From the NCBI GenBank assembly GCA_032718475.1, contig JAUCBJ010000187.1, forward strand, positions 1 to 64,000: 64,000 bases of DNA, read 5' to 3'. This stretch comes from Nemertoderma westbladi (taxonomy: Eukaryota > Animalia > Xenacoelomorpha). Positions 26,763 to 40,700 of the stretch are shown in pieces. A program made the position numbers and the translations under genes. The first letter of the stretch is position 1. The number at the start of each line of letters is the position of its first letter. A model generated the notes under the pieces. It made no database searches. It was not told the DNA's origin and saw only the letters and a program-made list of their open reading frames with translations.

Positions 26763-29627
26763 TGTGATATCTGGCTCCCGATCAGATCACAAAATATAAT
26801 AACATATTAAAATACTTAATATTAATTATTATTCGATAGTTTATAGTTTAAAATATCATAGTAAGTTCCCTATTAGCCTAGGACCCAACTTGTACTACAC
26901 CGGTATAATAATACAGTAGTACGCTATTTGAAATTCCCGCCAATACGGTAATAATGTAATTTATGTATATCACAACTCTCCCTCCACCGAGTATTATAAT
27001 ATACCAGTTAGTTTGTATTATAGTACTTGAGTTAATCTAACACCACTGTTTGTTTCATTTGAGCCTCCATTTAGATTAATCATTATCAGTTATCACATTC
27101 GAATCACTGGTGAGAGGGCGTAGAAATCGACGATTGCGAAGGTATGTTCTACCATTATTATCCTTCTTCACTATATATGAACGTCCATTTCCGCGAATGA
27201 ATGTGACAATTCCTGTACTCTTCCAATCTTTATGGATTTTGTCCCGAATACGAACAGGATCTCCTATAGCTAACTTTCGCAATGGGTGTGATCTCGAGTT
27301 ATATAATTGTTTATGTCGATTGAAAACATAATCTCGCTTGGTGAGTGCATTATCTATCTCCATCGGGTGTATCGAATTATATGCAGACTGGTGTGCTGGA
27401 AGATTGGTTCGTTGAAGCCTGCCAAACAGCCATTGTGCAGGGGACAACCCATCTTCTCTTGGTGTGTTTCTCCATTCTAATAGAGCGGGTTCAAAGGATA
27501 CTTTATCAAGACACCCATTTTTCCAATGTTTTTTAATTAATGTCTTCATTGCTTTAACGCCAGCCTCAGCATGACCGTTGGACTGAGGATATCCTGCTGA
27601 TGAAGTTTCATGTTCTACTCCATTTTCTGTGCAGAACTTTCCAAATTCACCTGAACTGAATTGGGGTCCTCCATCACTTCTAAGACGGTTGGGAATACCC
27701 CAATCAGCAAATAAAGTTCGTAGAGTATCGATCACATTCTTGCTCGTTGGGTATCTTCCGAATGAAGCGACACATGGCCATCCGGAATATCTGTCAACAT
27801 AAACTAAAAAGTGTTTTGCTGCATACTCAAACATGTCGGTACTAGCTGATTCGAATGGCCTTGCTGTTGTTTCAGATGAATCAGGTTTCATTGGTTCCTG
27901 AGTCTGACTTGGACGCATGGTTTGACATATCTCACAGTCTTCTATGACTTGTTTTATGTCATTTCCCATTCCAGGCCAGCAAAACAAAGTTCGAGCACGA
28001 GACTTTGTTCTTGTTATTCCCTGGTGAGATAGGTGAAGAATCTTCAATATATTACGTCGTTGACTGGCTGGTACCACAATCCTTGTAGCATCAACCATGA
28101 TCAGACCATCATCTACAGATAAGCGATTCCAGTCCTTTTTATAGCACCGACCTGGGTGGTTGATGGAAAGTTTCACAACATCAACTTTGTCCTTCACTGC
28201 ATTGTATATGATCTGATAATCATCATCATCTTTTGCAGCTGCTCTAATAATTCCAAGTGAATTATCTTTATCTATGCCAATATCATTTGATTGAAGATGT
28301 TGACAAATAATCTCTTGAATGGATATTTTATCAACAACTTTGTCAATTGGATCGGGATCTGATATTGGCGAACGACTAAGAGCATCAGCAATATTATGAG
28401 TTTTTCCTTTCACCCACTCTAGTTTAAACACATAACCCGATAATTTTTCAAGTAATCTTTGAAGACGTGGATTTTGTATAGCATCAAGATTAGTACCATT
28501 GCATATACCAATAAGCGGTCTATGATCAGTGTGGACGACAAATGCTGTACCAATAAGGTATAGTTTACAACAATATATTGCCCACTGAATAGCAAGGAGT
28601 TCTATTTCACATACAGCATATCTTGTCTCGGCATCTGATAAGTAGCGTGATCCACAACGCACTAACCGTTTACTTCCATCATTGTGTTCTTGTAACAGGG
28701 CATAACCAATTCCGGTTCTGGAAGCATCAGTTAATAAGAACGTTGCCAATTTCGGATCATAATGTGCTAGAACTGGTGTAGTTGTCAATGACAATTTAGT
28801 TGCTTCAAAGGCTTCAGTGTGTTCATCCAACCACTGATAGGCATTCTTCGGAGATAAAAGTCCACGTAATGGTGCTGACTTCTGGGCAACTCCAGGGGAA
28901 AATTGTGAGAGTTGGTTGACTAACCCAAAGAAACTTCTTAGGTCAGTGATTGTGCTAGGAGTAGGGAAGTCACGGATTGCAGCAATTTTTTCTGGATCTG
29001 GTTTAGTACCTTTGCTACTAATAATAAAACCAGCAAAACGAACTTCCTGAGCAATTATGAATTTCTTTTTTGATAAGGTAATTTGATGCTTTTGACATCT
29101 ATCCATAATTTCTCTTATAGTGACTTTAACATTATCAAATGTATCACCATAGACAAGTATATCATCCACAATTTTCAGTTTTGATGCAATGCCATCTAGA
29201 GCTGCATCACCTCGTGCACAATATTCATCTCCAGAACTTGACAAACCCATTGGAGCTCGGGCATATCTCTTCCGGCCCCATGGCGTTAAGAAAGTTGTGA
29301 ATGGTTTACTGTCATTGTCCAAAGGAATCTGCCAGTAACCTTTTGTGGCGTCTAGAGTAGCAAACCATTTCGATGCAGCTGGGACAGAAGAGGCAATATC
29401 TTGTGGTGTTGGGAAAGGGTGGACTGGTCGCTGGACAAGTTCACAAAATATAATAACATATTAAAATACTTAATATTAATTATTATTCGATAGTTTATAG
29501 TTTAAAATATCATAGTAAGTTCCCTATTAGCCTAGGACCCAACTTGTACTACACCGGTATATAATACAGTAGTACGCTATTTGAAATTCCCGCCAATACG
29601 GTAATAATGTAATTTATTTATATCACA
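26763..29627 (-). mobile_element. Gypsy (Mag-like) LTR retrotransposon with internal deletion of U5/PBS/gag/PR
   Basis: LTRs 26763-26974 (TGTGATAT...ATATCACA) and ~29441-29627; TSD ATGCC at 26758-26762 and 29628-29632; PPT GGAGGGAGAGT. Confidence 0.93.
27076..29440 (-). CDS. Gypsy pol (RT-RNase H-integrase), N-terminally deleted but otherwise open
   Basis: LDATKGYWQIPL, KIVDDIL, TDAS..GIG, TDHRPL, ADALSR, HX3H...CX2C, SDGGPQF, YPQSNGHAE. Confidence 0.93.
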
Positions 29628-31081
29628 ATGCCTTTTTGATATAAAAAGGCTCCAGGGTATTTCCAGCCAAATTTGTTCAGAAGAATTATGGACAAAGTTA
29701 TTCAGAACAAGTGCACCAAATTTCAACTTATTTCAGTTAAAATTTGCGGATAAATAGCCTTTTTAAAAATAATATCATTCTGAGATATGGGTGGTTAAAG
29801 TTTAAGGAACAATTCAAACCTTCCCGCTATTTTAGATAATATCATTTTTATTTGTTCAACAATAACTTTGTCAAAATTGAATGAAATTCTACGAAATGTT
29901 TCATGCTTGTTCTTACGTTTTGGCTAATAACTTGAGTTTGAAAAAGATATAAGAAAGATTGTAGATTTGAAATCTCCATTATTTTCGGCACATGCTTGTA
30001 TAAATATATTTCGCCATTTCCAAAATAGGGGGGGGGGGGGGGGGGGGGGGGTGCTAGCCCCACCTCCCCGCTCCTCCTCCCTCAATGAATCCGCTATCAA
30101 TGGGAAGTAATAGTGTTAAATTTTGCTACTTAGAACTGTTAAGTTACCAAAGTAACACAATTATATTTGATTGACGGATTGTGAAGCACAAATTAATGAT
30201 TCGACGATAAAAGGCGTGTTTAGAAACTAGAATTATTGACTTCCTAATAAACTGATGATAAATAATGAGAGCTGTAATTAATTGGATAATCGCATAAAAT
30301 GTAGATTTATTCCAAAATTGTAAGATTTGCTGATAAAAACTACATAATATATTATTTCTTTTTTTTAAAAGCTCAACTACAGTAATTAAAAATTTTTAAT
30401 CTTAAATTGTTACTTTTTTGCTCGAATTTAGACCCAAATCGGGAGAAAAAGTTGCACTATTTTCGCTAGGAAATAAAGTAACCACTACGTTTGCAATGAT
30501 TTTACTTTTCATCCCACCGAAAAAATTTAAACAATTTCTTAACTTTTATTAAATGTGTTCAAAGAGCATTGACGAAAAAAAGGTTTTCACGTAATTTTAT
30601 CAAAATCCATGCACGCACTCAAAAGTTATGGAAAATTTAGTGTCTGCGCGGCGTACTCCAAAACGGAACTCAATATCCAATATTGGGTTATGTTGTTAAG
30701 CGGCTCTCTAGTTACGTAATAAATATTCGAGAACACTAAATTATTTAACATTGAGTAAGGCAGCATCAGGAGTTGAAGAGTACTGTACTATAGATCAATT
30801 TATTTTGTACCACTACTGTATATCGCTGTACATTTAATTAAAGAATTAAGCAACAAAAAAAGTACCAATTTAAGAATAAAATTACGTATTATTAGGCTTA
30901 CATAGGGAAAAAAAAAAACGTAGGATTTTTTTTTTCAATATTCTCTCGACCCTTTATTAACCTCGCTGACGCACGGTAAATAAAATGCCTCGAGAATAGT
31001 GAAAAAAAGTATTACTGTACTTTAGCGGTAGATAATTATCACATAATTTAATTATCCCTCCACTCCACAAAGATATTAGAT

Positions 31082-31248
31082 ATGAATTGGTTTATTCTAT
31101 TCTTGTTAGTTACACTGGCCATTGCTGTCAATAGTGACCAGAACCAACAAATACGCAACAAAAACCTATTTATCATAAAACGAGGAGGAGAAATCCTGAA
31201 CCTATCCGGCCCCGATTCAAAACAAACGCTGTATTCGGGTGATGCGAG
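31082..31248 (+). CDS. Possible first coding exon of a host secreted protein
   Basis: MNWFILFLLVTLAIAVNS-DQNQQIRNKNLFIIKRGGEILNLSGPDSKQTLYSGDA is signal-peptide-like and is followed by an AG|GTTAGT donor; no further exons identified. Confidence 0.4.
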
Positions 31249-33046
31249 GTTAGTACTGTAGTTTCTAACAACTATTTAAAACAATTTAACAAAATTATTA
31301 ACCAACAAGACAGACAGACCCCATAGACGTAGTTTTGCGTGGGAAGGTTTAAAATTTTAAGGCCTTTATCCCGGAATGAGATTTTAAATTTTCAAATTAC
31401 TACTCATCCGCCATTTTTCAACCAATTTTATATTTTTTTGGCTCATTCGAAAGGATTTTGACAATTCTTAAAATGTTATCTTATGGAATTTTGATAAATA
31501 TTTCCATTTTCCATTTTGTGTAGTTGCCTTATTACGGACAGTATGTTCCCGGATTTTACGTTCCCATCAAAACGGACATTGTGACTTCTCTGTTTTGTCT
31601 GTATCATGACATCTTCATACCTTTATATGAATATTTATTGTGTTGCGACCTTATTTAATTATATATGTACGTACAGGGTCGGATTTAGAGTTGGGGGGGG
31701 GGGGGGGGGGGGGGCTGTGCAGCTGTAGTGGTTGAAGCGCGAGGCCCCCCCTACTTTATAATAGTAAAAAGTACTTCATTCAGGTAATTATAAATGAAAT
31801 TCATTCTACATAATGTTTTTTAAGATCATAGATTAAGATAATTTACTCCATAATTCCACATGTCTCGTTCAATATTTCGCTAAAAGCTTTCTAATGATAT
31901 AAAAAATTACGACTAATGTGAAGAATGGCCACGATACGGAGGGTGCGATTTCGCAAAAGACGCTTTTTAAAACGCTTATAAAAAACATTTATAGGAAAAA
32001 TCGAAAATTTCGGCTTCATAGTTGAACTAGTTGAACTAGTTATGTTTTAAATTGCAAGCAATATGATAAAGGTTTGTAGAAATTTATTATTTTTTTTGGG
32101 GGGGGGGGGGGGGGGGGGTGTTCCGTGGCATCACAAAATGACACTACTGTATATTACGGGTCATGGTGTACATACTGTACTTTATAATACAAAACGGGAC
32201 ATCATGTCGTCACTTTTATAATCCAGAAAAGTTGCTCAATTTCATTTGTATTAATCAAATAGCTAGAATTGCGATCGAAATTGATGTGTGATAGGGAGTT
32301 GTGAGGGTGTAAATTTGTTAATAAGCCGGGGTAGCAATTTTGATGTCGATTATACCTAGATACATAAAGTACAGTTAAGTTAAATACAAATTATTGCAAT
32401 CTATCTACTGTATAGGGCCTTCACACATGCAGACCGGAAACTGGTACTTGTAAAAGCAGTGCAGCAGATGTGTTAGAAGAAATTCATTTTAATTTAGCGA
32501 TAATTTAAGTGCTACTAAATTTACAATGTATGAAATGACCATATTAACCCTTACAAGCAATACTTATTTTTTTAGAAATATTTGAGATAAACTTATTTTT
32601 AGGCTTATTGTCCACCGGTGAAACAGGAAATTATAAGAAAAATTAAAAAAATTAACAATTTTCAATGCAATAATGCGTTTTATTGGTGTATCACATATGG
32701 CACGCTATGCATTGGCGATATCAAAAGTATCGAAATATTTTACTGCATGATGAGTCATATATGGCACAGCAAATACAAAATGTAGTTGGCTGGAATGAAA
32801 GTGGATTGTGGTTGTGCGATTTTGTCAACACATTGCATTACAGCAAGTTAATTGTAGATTGCATGGTGGTGGCACAATTTTATTTTATTAAGCTATCAAA
32901 GCATCTCAATGCAGTTGCAATGCAGCACTCCGATTATAGATATAACCTAATCAATACATATTTTCACTTTAGGCCTACTGTTAGCCATTAGTGAACCACC
33001 TTCATACAGTAGTTACACAACACAGATCAACCTTCACCTTTTCACC

Positions 33047-34700
33047 TGTAAAAGCTTTTGCGGATATAACGAGCCATTTTCTCCGCAATATACCGTGTAG
33101 GTGTTTTAGCGGACATAACAAGCCATTTTCTCCGCAATGTAACGTGTAGGTGCTTTAGCGGACATAACAAGCCATTTTCTGCCGCAATGCGCCTAATACT
33201 CTAAAAGACTGGAACTCAGATGACGAAATCTGTCAGCTGATTTACTGTAAACGTGGCACATCTCTTTGTTCAGCTCGCTCAGCCAATCAGAGCGATTTTC
33301 ATTTTATCTTGCACAGAGGCCTACGGAAAACCGCGCAATGCATTACGGTTTTTGTTTACCTTTCTGAGCCTCAGAACATCGGCTTAGAAATTATTCTGTG
33401 CTTCTGTAGAAGTTTCAGACTTTAGCCAAACATTAGACGGCTTTGATTATAAGAACGTAAATCTATTATCAAATCAAACCAAACCATACCAACCTGCATT
33501 ATTTTACTTCTGTTTACTGTCTGTTATTAATTGTTATATGTTGATGGATATGTTGTTCTAAAGGTCTGAAGGTCTGAAAGCGCGAACAATAATAGATTTT
33601 TAGTTTCTTTATTGCACCGTAGGCAATAAAGTCGAAAGTACTGGTCGAGCGGTAAGCTGTAGGCCTACCTGCCCATCTACCCAAACCGGTACTTACAGGT
33701 ACAACAGTATTATTCGATTTTTTTAATTATATACCGGTAAGTCTTGATATTTAATTAGGGACTGCAGCCCTGGTTTTTTATTGAGATTTTACTTATTTCT
33801 GTCAGTTTTATTTATCTGTAAGTGTAATATTGAGCAGAAGGCGTTCAAATTGTACAGATAATTTGTAGACTGGATTGTTGTCTGACTGTTGTTAAGTCTG
33901 AAGAGATTGCAGTGTGTATAGAGTGTATGTCCGATAAAGTACAAGTTAGGAAGGTGGGGGCATCCAGTGCTGTAAGGTAAATCCCCCCCGAAAGAATACG
34001 TCGTACTACTCGGTTAGAACGCATACTAACTAACCATTTCGCCATTAACCATTTAACTGCATATACTGTAGGTTATTTAGGCTTGATAGTAGTCTGCCAG
34101 CGTTTGGTCTGTATTTTGTTTGTGTAGTCTGCACGGGTAGTGTAATATTTATTATTCAGAGTATATGCGAGTATTCGCAACCTACATAACTCCCCAAGTT
34201 TATTCCTACAGTAATTGTGCTTGTTATACATACCGTTATAGTTAAATTAACCCCGGTACTACATCAGGGCTGCTTGGCGTAGGTAAAGACTGGTGATTTT
34301 ATGCTCTAGTCACTCCAGCAGATACTGTGGTTCTTTTAGCTGTACAAGTATCTTTAACTGCTGGTTATTTGTTGTATAAGTATTTGTACCTAATTTAGGG
34401 TTTAGTGTACAGTACTTTCCGAAGGTAATTAGTGTGTAGGCAGTATATTTGTGTTGTAAAGTGGTTAATAGGCACATTAGCTCTGGTTGGCTGCGGTAAT
34501 TAACTTCTAGGTAAGGACACTCTGGGTACATAACGTAGTACTTATAGAGCTGTAGAGCTAAAGACTATAAGTCGTCAGACGGTGGTATTTTCTTATCTGG
34601 ACAACGCAATTTATTTACTACTGCTCAATTATTTTCAAATACCGTAGTTTCCTGTCCGTTTGTAAGAACCCGAAATTCTAACTCCTTGTTAGGCTGGTTT
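33047..34700 (+). repeat. 5' LTR of element C (right boundary uncertain) with three ~50-bp tandem units at 33047-33200
   Basis: Homologous to the LTR starting at 3293; GCGGAYATAACRAGCCATTTTCT x3; CCAAT box ~33283. Confidence 0.6.
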
Positions 34701-37700
34701 GTAGATTTCCTGCAAAATTACCCTAAAATTTGTACGTGTAACTTTTGGTGTTTATTTAAGAGATTGTAATCTCACACAGTAATTGTATGTAATTTGTAGT
34801 AATAAGTAACTTAGTAAAGTATAATTATTTGTTTTAGTGTCTAACAGGTAGCACTCCACTGAGAGCGTTCAGCTTCTGTGTAGTGACTCCTTACCAGAAA
34901 TAATAACATTTATTTCAAACTTTGACAAAACCCATTATACGGGTATATATATATTATAAATCAACTCAAACCGATTTATAAAATAGTAGGCCTGTTATAC
35001 ATCAATTGGGTCTTAATATCAGTTGAGCTACTGCTTGATAACAGTAATAAAGTAAAGGAAAGTAACCCTAAAATTCAGAAATTCAGTTATTCTAAAATAA
35101 TTGACATTACCGGTATTTATAGTAGGCTTATTATATTTATTTCTATAAATTTATGCTGAAATTATATACCGGTATTCTGTAATTAATCCTAGTCTATAAT
35201 CATACTTATATATATACTATAAGTGTATACCGGTATTCTAATATATTATATATATCGCGTTACATTGAGTAACGGTATCTGTAATTGATCACTAGGCTTG
35301 CAGTTGATACTGAATTACTAGACCTTGCTTTAACTGTCGTTATAGTAGTAGGCATTCAACTGTACAATCAAACATGGCTGACACAAAGCAAACTCTGTCA
35401 GATAGTCTCCTAGAAAGAACAGTCTGCGACTCAGACAGGAGTGCAGAACATCTGAGACCGAAGTCCAAGTCCCCTCCCACTGTAAGAAAGGTCATCCCTT
35501 CAGTAGTAGTATCAGACCTTAGGCTAGTCAAGCACCGTAGTTCTATTATAGGCACTCGGGCTCAAGTCAAGCGGGACCAAGAGGCAGCTGTTAAACAGCA
35601 GCAACACCTGAACCTAGAACTTATTTCTCAGCGGCCCGATAGCTCCAGTAGTTCAGATACTGTAGAGTTGATACCCGAGATCGGAGCAAAGATGGCAGAA
35701 GCGGTTTATTCGGATCCACTTCTCATTCTTCCTGAAGCCGTACTCACTAGGGTATTGATTGCGGTGGAGGAACATCAAATCGATTGGGCGAGAAGTAAGC
35801 GATCGACCAAGGACAGTTATGCGGGATACACAATGGAGGAACTGAAGTCTATTGTCTAGACACAATGGAACTTCCCCGGACCCGGACTCCCGTTTAACTT
35901 ATCGGAAGCTGCCTGGGAGGACTTATACAGGATGGGAGTGGTAAAGGACACTAGAGATCCAGCTGTATGGAAGAGGTCGGCAGCAGGATATGTATAGGGA
36001 TTCTTCAGCTCTTTGGAGCGATTAGAGGAACAACTGTTTCAACAACCCCAAGGACCTCAAGAGCAGGGAGAGCTGCTTTATCAAGTTAGAGAACAAATCT
36101 TACGGATCAGACTGATCCTTTCGGCCTTTGAGGAAGCCTCAAAGAGAAGCCAAGACACGTCGTTGCAAGTTGCCATAAAGACTTGGTTCCAATGGGTGAG
36201 TCTTAAAGTCCAAGGAACAACACAATGGAAAATTCAGCTAACTGAGCGCGCGACCCACGGAGAATCAACGGACGCTACCTTTTCTCAGGTGGAAAGCGAC
36301 GTTACATCAGAGAAACCTCAGAAGAAGGACGCTATTGACATCTATCTGTCGGACTATCAACGATTTATAGGTGACAAAGAGTTAAGGAGACGGCTAGCTG
36401 GACTTCACCCTAATAGTGAGGGAGCCAAATTTGTGTTAGACTCATTAGATGCGGAAATGTTAGCCGCGGAGCAGGCTAAATTTGATGAAAGCATCCTCAT
36501 CGCTAGAGAACAGGAAGAACAATTAAAGAAAAAACGTATAGAAGACTGAAAGGCAGCCGCAGCGGCAGCGGCAGAAGTTGAAAGAAAAGCGGCAGCGGCA
36601 GCGGCAGTGGCAGAAGCGGAAAGAAAAGAGGCAGAAGCGGAAGGAAAAGCTGCAGCGGCAGCGGCAGCGGCAGAGGCAGAAAGAAAAGCGGAAAGAAAAG
36701 CGGCAGAGGTAGAAAGAAAAGCGGCAGTGGCAGAAGCGGAAAGAAAGGCAGCAGAGGCAGTGGCAGCAGCAGAACGGAGGGCATCTGAAGAAACAGCCCA
36801 ACTAGAGTTGGAAAATCTTCAAGAGAAGCAAGACTACTTAAATAAACGGAGAACAGCTAGTCAAATGCAGATGATAAGTCAATCTACTCCCAAGAGGCAG
36901 GGATTTACATCATCTGATGAAGGCGATACAACAGATCCTGAAGGCGGAGGAAATAGATCTCGTTCCAGTAAACGTAGAAGAACGCCCCACCATCAGAAAT
37001 TGCCTAATTTGCCCCCAGCTGTGAGAAGGCAACTAGCTAGTGCAGACTTAGGTAGTACAGAACACACAGACCAAATTATTAGAGTAGAAAGACTCCCGAC
37101 TATAGTAGATGAGCCTGAAATAATTAGGCCTGTTCTCGAAGCCACCCCCTCTGTGATAGAGACCCCTGTACTTCCAGAACCTCACTCTAAATTCCCTTTG
37201 CACAGTACTAAACTACCTGTGCCCAGTAGAATAGTCCCTGAATCCGCCCCGGTCCTGGACGCCGAGCAAGACATCAACGATTTGTCGCCCGTCGTCCCTC
37301 GTCTGCCCGCTACTATGTTGGCGACTCCCGCTTCAGCGGTAGAGTGGGTGGATGAGCGACGGCGGGGGATGGATCTCCTGCTCGGACAAATGGAGGAACA
37401 TCGGGTACGTTCCTCCCAACAGGTCCGGGAGTTGGAAGGGACTGTTCAGCAGTTAAAGGGAACAGTAAGAGAGGGTAGGTTAGAATTGCAAGAAGTGCAG
37501 CAGAGTATCGCGTTAGAATGCGATAAGTTAGTAAATATACAAAAGGGTATACCACCACCCCCTGTAACAATGTGTCAACCTGTTAGGTCTGAAGTATTTC
37601 ATGCGCAAGGTGTGTAGCCTACACGCATCTATACTGCTAGTGAAGTAGAAGCTCCTATAGTAAACCCTATTAAGGATAATTATAAACCTGTTGATAATGA

Positions 37701-40700
37701 TATTCCATATAGACCTGATCATAATCCGAGAAATTTATATACCGATAACTCAATATTAAATAATACGATGGCACAAGAAAGTTTTACGCGTCAAATGGCT
37801 AGAACCGAAGCCCGTCAAGTGGTAAAGGTGGGAGAGATCGTCAAGTTCAATGGAGATGAGATGAAATGGTTACCTTTTATTGAATATTACAAAGATAACA
37901 TACAGAACTCTGTACTATCTAACGGAGAGAAACTTAGATTCCTCATCAAGTGTTTGGAAGGACCTCCCAAGTTAATGGCGTTAAAATTTATTGGACATCC
38001 CGATGGATTAAGACAAGTTTGGGATACGCTAAACATCAGGTATGGTAATAGGACAAACATAGCTTGGTATTTGTATGCGAAATTAGTAGCGCCCCGAAAG
38101 TTTCTTAGCAGCGGGATTATAGAATTTTCCGATGAGATCCAGGAGATCTGTAGACAGTTAGATTGGCTAGGTAAGTCTCATGAATATCAGAGTTCTATGG
38201 TTGTTGGAGCAGTGGCCTCTACTTTGCCGAAGGGTGGAGTAGGTACGCGTTGGGACAAGAGAGTGCTCTATATGATGGACCAGCAACAAAGAGACCCTAC
38301 CATGGCTGATCTCATGTCATTCTTAAATGGAGAGGTAAGATTACAGCTCCTAAAGCAGTCCCGAGAGAAGACACTGGAAAATAAGGTAATTGAAAAACCC
38401 GTTTCTAGGAGAAAGGTAACACCAGTGTGTTATACCGATGACGGCGAAAGCCAAACCTCTCAAGAGGAGAACAGCAGAAAAGACACCGAAAGATCTTACT
38501 ATGTCAACTAAGCACCTAAAGACGTAAGTAAATTTAAGTCTCGAACCAGTGACAGGAGAGAACAGGTAACAAAAACTCCTCCTACGTCTCCTAAGATAAT
38601 TCATGGAAGAAAGTCCGAGGAAAGAACAAGTGTGCACAACACTACCCAAGGTAAAGTAAGTAACATCAAACCCAAATGTGCATTGTGCGACGGGCCCCAT
38701 CGTTTAAGTGTATGTGATGAATTCTTAAAGAATTCCCTAAAAGATAGACTTGATGTCACGTGGGATAAGCGGTTGTGTTATAATTGTCTCAGACAAGGAC
38801 ACCAATGGCGAACCTGTTACTCTGATGCAAGGTATGCTAAGTGCGGCGCGAAACATCATATCTTGCTGCACACCGAGTTTGAAAGAACCAGCCCGAGTCA
38901 GGTAAGTGAGTCCGAACTACATGTCCAATTCAGTGATGTGAACGACACTGACCACAGCTCTGAGAAGGAAGGATTTTACATGGACGAATTCTCCGATGAA
39001 AACGAATCCTGTTATATGATAAACACCGCGGTGTATCGAGCGCTTACGTATGAGACTGAGACCGATAATGAAGTCCAATCGAATATTCCAGACCGACAAC
39101 CGTCTTGGAAAGCGCCAACTTCCAACGTCAGAATTCGGGAATTCCCCGTAGTTCAGCTGAGAGTCCATGGGCCAGGAAAGAGTTTTATAGTAAACGCCCT
39201 CCTAGACTCCGGCAGCACAGGAACATTCATCGACAAAGAACTAGCTGAAGACATCTTTGCTGGACAACCCAAGTTCCGAACTAAGTTGAACCTTTCAGGA
39301 ATTATGCAGGTTTGGAAATCTACAGTAGCTACAGACTACTATGTAGGCGCATTGTCCACTCCCCAGGACGAACTAGGAGAATACAGCATAAGGTCAGTAA
39401 AAATGGTGACGATAAAGAACTTTGCTACCAGCCAAGTGGAACCTTACAACTGGGATGAAGACGATTTTACCCAGCAGCATAATATCCCTAGATTCAACAC
39501 CGACTACCCAGGGGTACAGATATTGATCGGCCAAAATGCGCATGAGGCGCTTGAGACATTAGAAAAACGGCCTGCTCGACCGCAACCATTGCAAACATAT
39601 GCGGGAAGAACAAGAGTAGGTTGGTACTTCACTGGACCTTCCCGTAGAACACTCATGGAAAGATCACCTACTGACCACATACACCAGGTGAGTGAATGGG
39701 AAGAAGAAATCAGTAAGGGAGAGACCACACCTGAGGGAACACCATACTCCTCAAATAACGACGATATTACCCAATTATTTGACGAGGAAAATACAATCGA
39801 CCTCCTCACCGAAAGTGAAGCTTGGAGAAACCAAGTGCACCTGTGCCATCTCATCAATCATGGCGGACAATTCGACTACAATGACGAGCTAAATGAGGTG
39901 ATAGATCGACACAACGCTAAGATTCGTGATGAACACGCTGTACGATTCTTTACTCAAGAAGCTGTAGAGCCTAATTCCTACGACAAAGCACTATCGGTCG
40001 AGGAGGAAAGAGCCAAGCAGATCCAGGAAATGACTACACGTTTTCTTAAAGATCAAGGTAGGTATGAGATTGGTCTTCCATTCCGACGGCGATAACCCAA
40101 CTTTATAAATAACCGACCCTTAGCAGAGAAGAGAATCGCGCAACTACATCGGCGTCTTATGGCCAATGCTTCAGCTAAAGAGATATATAAGACCCAGCTG
40201 AAGAAATTCATCGATAAGGGATATGCGGAGTGAGTACCGGAAGAAACAGCCATAACTGAGAGAACGTATTATCTAACACATCATTACGTTCCCAAACCCG
40301 GTAAACCCAACGAAGTCCGGGTAGTATTCGACGGCTCCGCCCTTTACATGGGCCAATCCCTTAATTCTGAGTTGTTGCCGGACCCAACTTACTCCAATCC
40401 TTGTTGGGAATACTCTTAAGATTACGGCAATATTCTATCGCTTTCGCCTCGGATATAGAAGGCATGTTCTTACGAGTTAAGGTGCTGGATAGGGATCGAG
40501 ACAGCCTACAATTTCTGTGGTGGCCTGAAGGAGACCTCAACCAAAAACCAGTGGAGTACTGGATGACCATACAGGCTTTTGGGATCATCTCGAGCCCCTC
40601 GAACGCTTGTTCAGTAGTGCGCACCACTGCTGATGACAACCGAGACGCCTTCTCTAAAGCAGTTATCGACAACATCAAACGGGATATATATATGGACGAC

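Noticed and set aside
36503-36801. Antisense Leu/Pro- and Cys/Arg-rich ORFs, and TolA-like AEAERK repeats
   Set aside because: These are shadows of the low-complexity coiled-coil region of gag. The same applies to most short ORFs overlapping gag-pol.
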